Shown here piece after piece: positions 53,911 to 55,766 of a DNA stretch of 55,766 nt. The translations under genes were made by a program, and so were the position numbers. Below the pieces are notes generated by a model. The model did no database searches. It was not told the DNA's origin and saw only the letters and a program-made list of their open reading frames with translations. Numbering within the stretch: the first letter of the stretch is position 1; each line of letters begins with the position of its first letter. The DNA comes from an uncultured Planctomycetaceae bacterium (GTDB taxonomy: Bacteria > Planctomycetota > Planctomycetia > Pirellulales > PNKZ01). Where the stretch lies: the NCBI GenBank assembly GCA_964433865.1, contig CAYSUC010000001.1, forward strand, positions 1-55,766, given 5' to 3'.

Positions 53911-55766
53911 CTACTTCGCCTGCCTGCCGATGTACTCGAACAGGTCGGCCGCCTCTTGCGCCGTCAGGTCGCTCAACACGCGGTCGGGCATCAGCGACTT
54001 CGGGCTCTTGGCCAACTCTTCGACGTCGGCGCGTTTCAAACGCACCAACTGCTTCTCCGTCGTCTTCAGCACGATCTCGCGCGGGTTCTGTTCGACGAGC
54101 AAGCCGCTGACGGTCCGGCCGTCGGTCGTCACGGCCGCATACGCCGCGTAGGCATCGTCCACCTTCAACGACGGTTGGAGCGCGTGACGAACCAGTTCCG
54201 TCCGGTCCGGAAACTTCTTCACGATCTCGAACAACGTCGGCCCGAGCGACTTCGCCTTGTCGTCGAACTCGTGGCAATTGCGACACCGGGCCCCGTCGCT
54301 GTAGAAGATCAACTTTCCGCGCTCGTAATCTCCCTGCTTGGCCAGAACCACCTGCGGGTCGACGACGGCCCCCAGCGTCGGCCTGCGCTCGGCTTCCGGG
54401 ACGAACGTCTCGAACAGCCCGCGAACGTCGCTCGAGGCGGCGGCGCCGGCCTTCACGACGGCCTGGAATTGCGCGGGGTTCAGTTCGCCGCCCAGCGCCG
54501 CGACCTCCAGAGCCAGCGCCCCGGCCGTCGTCTTCACCAGTTCGCCGGCGTTCGAGCCGTCGGCGGCCAAGTTCGGCGCGGCGGTCGGCGATGCGCCGTC
54601 CGCCGACGGCGGCAGCGAGCGAATCCAATCGTGAACCAGTCGTACGCCGAGGCCGTCGACCACGCGCGACCCGACGTACGGCATCCGCGCGTAGCCGAGC
54701 TTCGACATGCGGTACGTCAGCACGCTCCGCAGCGGATCGCCCGGCACGATCAGCCGAGCGTCGCGCAGCCCGAACGTGCCGATGCCCGTCCCCTTGTTCG
54801 TGTTCAACTTCTCGAACGGCAGATCGCGCCGCAGATAGAACGACACGATGGCGTTGCCGCCCGGATGATGGCACATCGCGCAGTTGGCATGCAAGTACGA
54901 TCGGGCCCGATCTTCCAGCGAGTGCGACTCGTCGCGCGGATCGACCAGCCGCGCAGGGTCGTTCTTCGAGACCTGCGGCGCGCGGTCCACGACACCCGCT
55001 GCGGCCCCCTCGTCGAGCCCGCGCAGTTGATGCCGCGTGAAACCGAGGACGAATTTCGGGCCCGCGTTGTGGCAGAGCTTGCACTCGTTTACGGCGCCGG
55101 CCTGCCAGGTGCGTTGTTCGGTTCGCCCGCCGGCGGAGTAGTCGAACATACGACTTGCGCCCTGGGGCGGCACGAGCGCGGCCTCGCTTCCGTCGTCGTT
55201 CCAGAGGTACGCATAGGGCCGCCACGTGCCGTGCTCATAGTGCAGCAACTGCGTTTCCAGCGGCGCTTGCGAACCCGGCGCGGCGAGGTGCTTGACCAAC
55301 ACCGTCCCTTCGGGATACGCGGCCTCGTCGGCGGCGTTCGCGGCCAGGTGAATCCGACCGTCGCCGGGGATCGCCACCCACCGCCGGGCCGAGGCTTCGT
55401 CCAGCCACCGCGGCGCGACGACGTCGTACGCCACCACGCCCGCCGCCGGCGACAACGGCTTCAGGTTCGCGAACAAGCCGGTCTCGCTCAGTCGCCGAGG
55501 GAACGCAGCCGAGGTGTCGGGCAAGTCCGTGGGGCGTAGTTCGTACAGCCGGCCGGTGAGGTCGTAATCGAGCACGAGCAGCCGGCCCGCGCGGGTCTCG
55601 GTGAAGGCGATGATCCGCTGATCGGTATCGCACAGCGTTTGATGCGCGTACGAACCGTCGGCCTCGCGGCGCAATGCCCAGAGCTTGCCGTTTATGTATT
55701 CGCCTTAGACGAACGAACCGTCAAGAAGCGGCAGTTGCGAACCCCGATACACCGGACCGCCGATGA
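53911..55766 (-). pseudogene. PQQ-dependent sugar (sorbosone/glucose) dehydrogenase beta-propeller fused to three CxxCH heme-binding domains; interrupted by in-frame TAA at 55705-55707; N-terminus outside window
   Basis: The minus-strand translation reads IGGPVYRGSQLPLLDGSFV*GEYINGKLWALRREADGSY.., with the family propeller motif continuing in frame across the stop. Downstream are CKLCHN, CAMCHH, CRNCHE and the Pirellula-type heme-binding tail. The longest ORF after the stop starts at TTG 55674. Confidence 0.6.

Noticed and set aside
55705-55707. Recoding (selenocysteine or pyrrolysine) as an explanation for the in-frame stop.
   Set aside because: The codon is TAA, not TGA or TAG. No SECIS- or PYLIS-like context is evident. 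The aligned family position is normally an aromatic residue one base change away.
1-55766. CRISPR arrays, rRNA genes, prophage structural genes, and classical defence operons (R-M pairs, CBASS, Thoeris, toxin-antitoxin pairs).
   Set aside because: I saw no regularly spaced direct repeats, no rRNA-like conserved stretches, no capsid/terminase/portal-like translations, and no adjacent nuclease partner for the methyltransferase. This absence is based on reading by eye, not on HMM searches.

Overview
This is a 55.8-kb, very GC-rich chromosomal segment (about 68-70% GC by eye). Its gene content looks planctomycete (Pirellulales-like): a PQQ-dehydrogenase fused to CxxCH heme-binding domains, BatA/vWA membrane proteins, ThuA, TAT- or Sec-exported beta-helix and M14-like proteins, and several families of intergenic palindromic repeats. 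I call about 45 protein genes and one tRNA-Leu(CAA). I found no rRNA, CRISPR array, integrase or transposase. The backbone is mostly housekeeping. It includes dnaA (45059-46687, minus strand, not next to dnaN) with a ~535-nt ORF-free upstream region, plus dprA, dinG, thiS-thiG, trxA, msrA, galM, a truncated hemoglobin, a P1B-type metal ATPase, a hybrid PAS histidine kinase, two LuxR-type regulators, and a small glycan/envelope cluster at the left end. The stand-out is a low-GC accessory block (about 6.25-15.5 kb) beside the tRNA. It holds two signal-less proteins that share cadherin-like repeats, and both reading frames begin inside a repeat-junction motif. They carry unrelated C-terminal enzyme heads: a metzincin HExxHxxGxxH, and a transglutaminase/papain-like Cys-His-Asp core. 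Each is followed by small membrane-anchored or secreted proteins, including a tandem paralog pair. I read this as an orphan polymorphic-toxin/immunity cassette array. Second-tier items are: a beta-class DNA methyltransferase fused to a UvrC-like GIY-YIG domain whose catalytic Glu appears replaced; an in-frame TAA inside a conserved propeller motif of the last gene; and three intergenic palindromic repeat families. All family calls come from motif recognition by eye. No database search, structure prediction or statistics were run, and start codons are best guesses.
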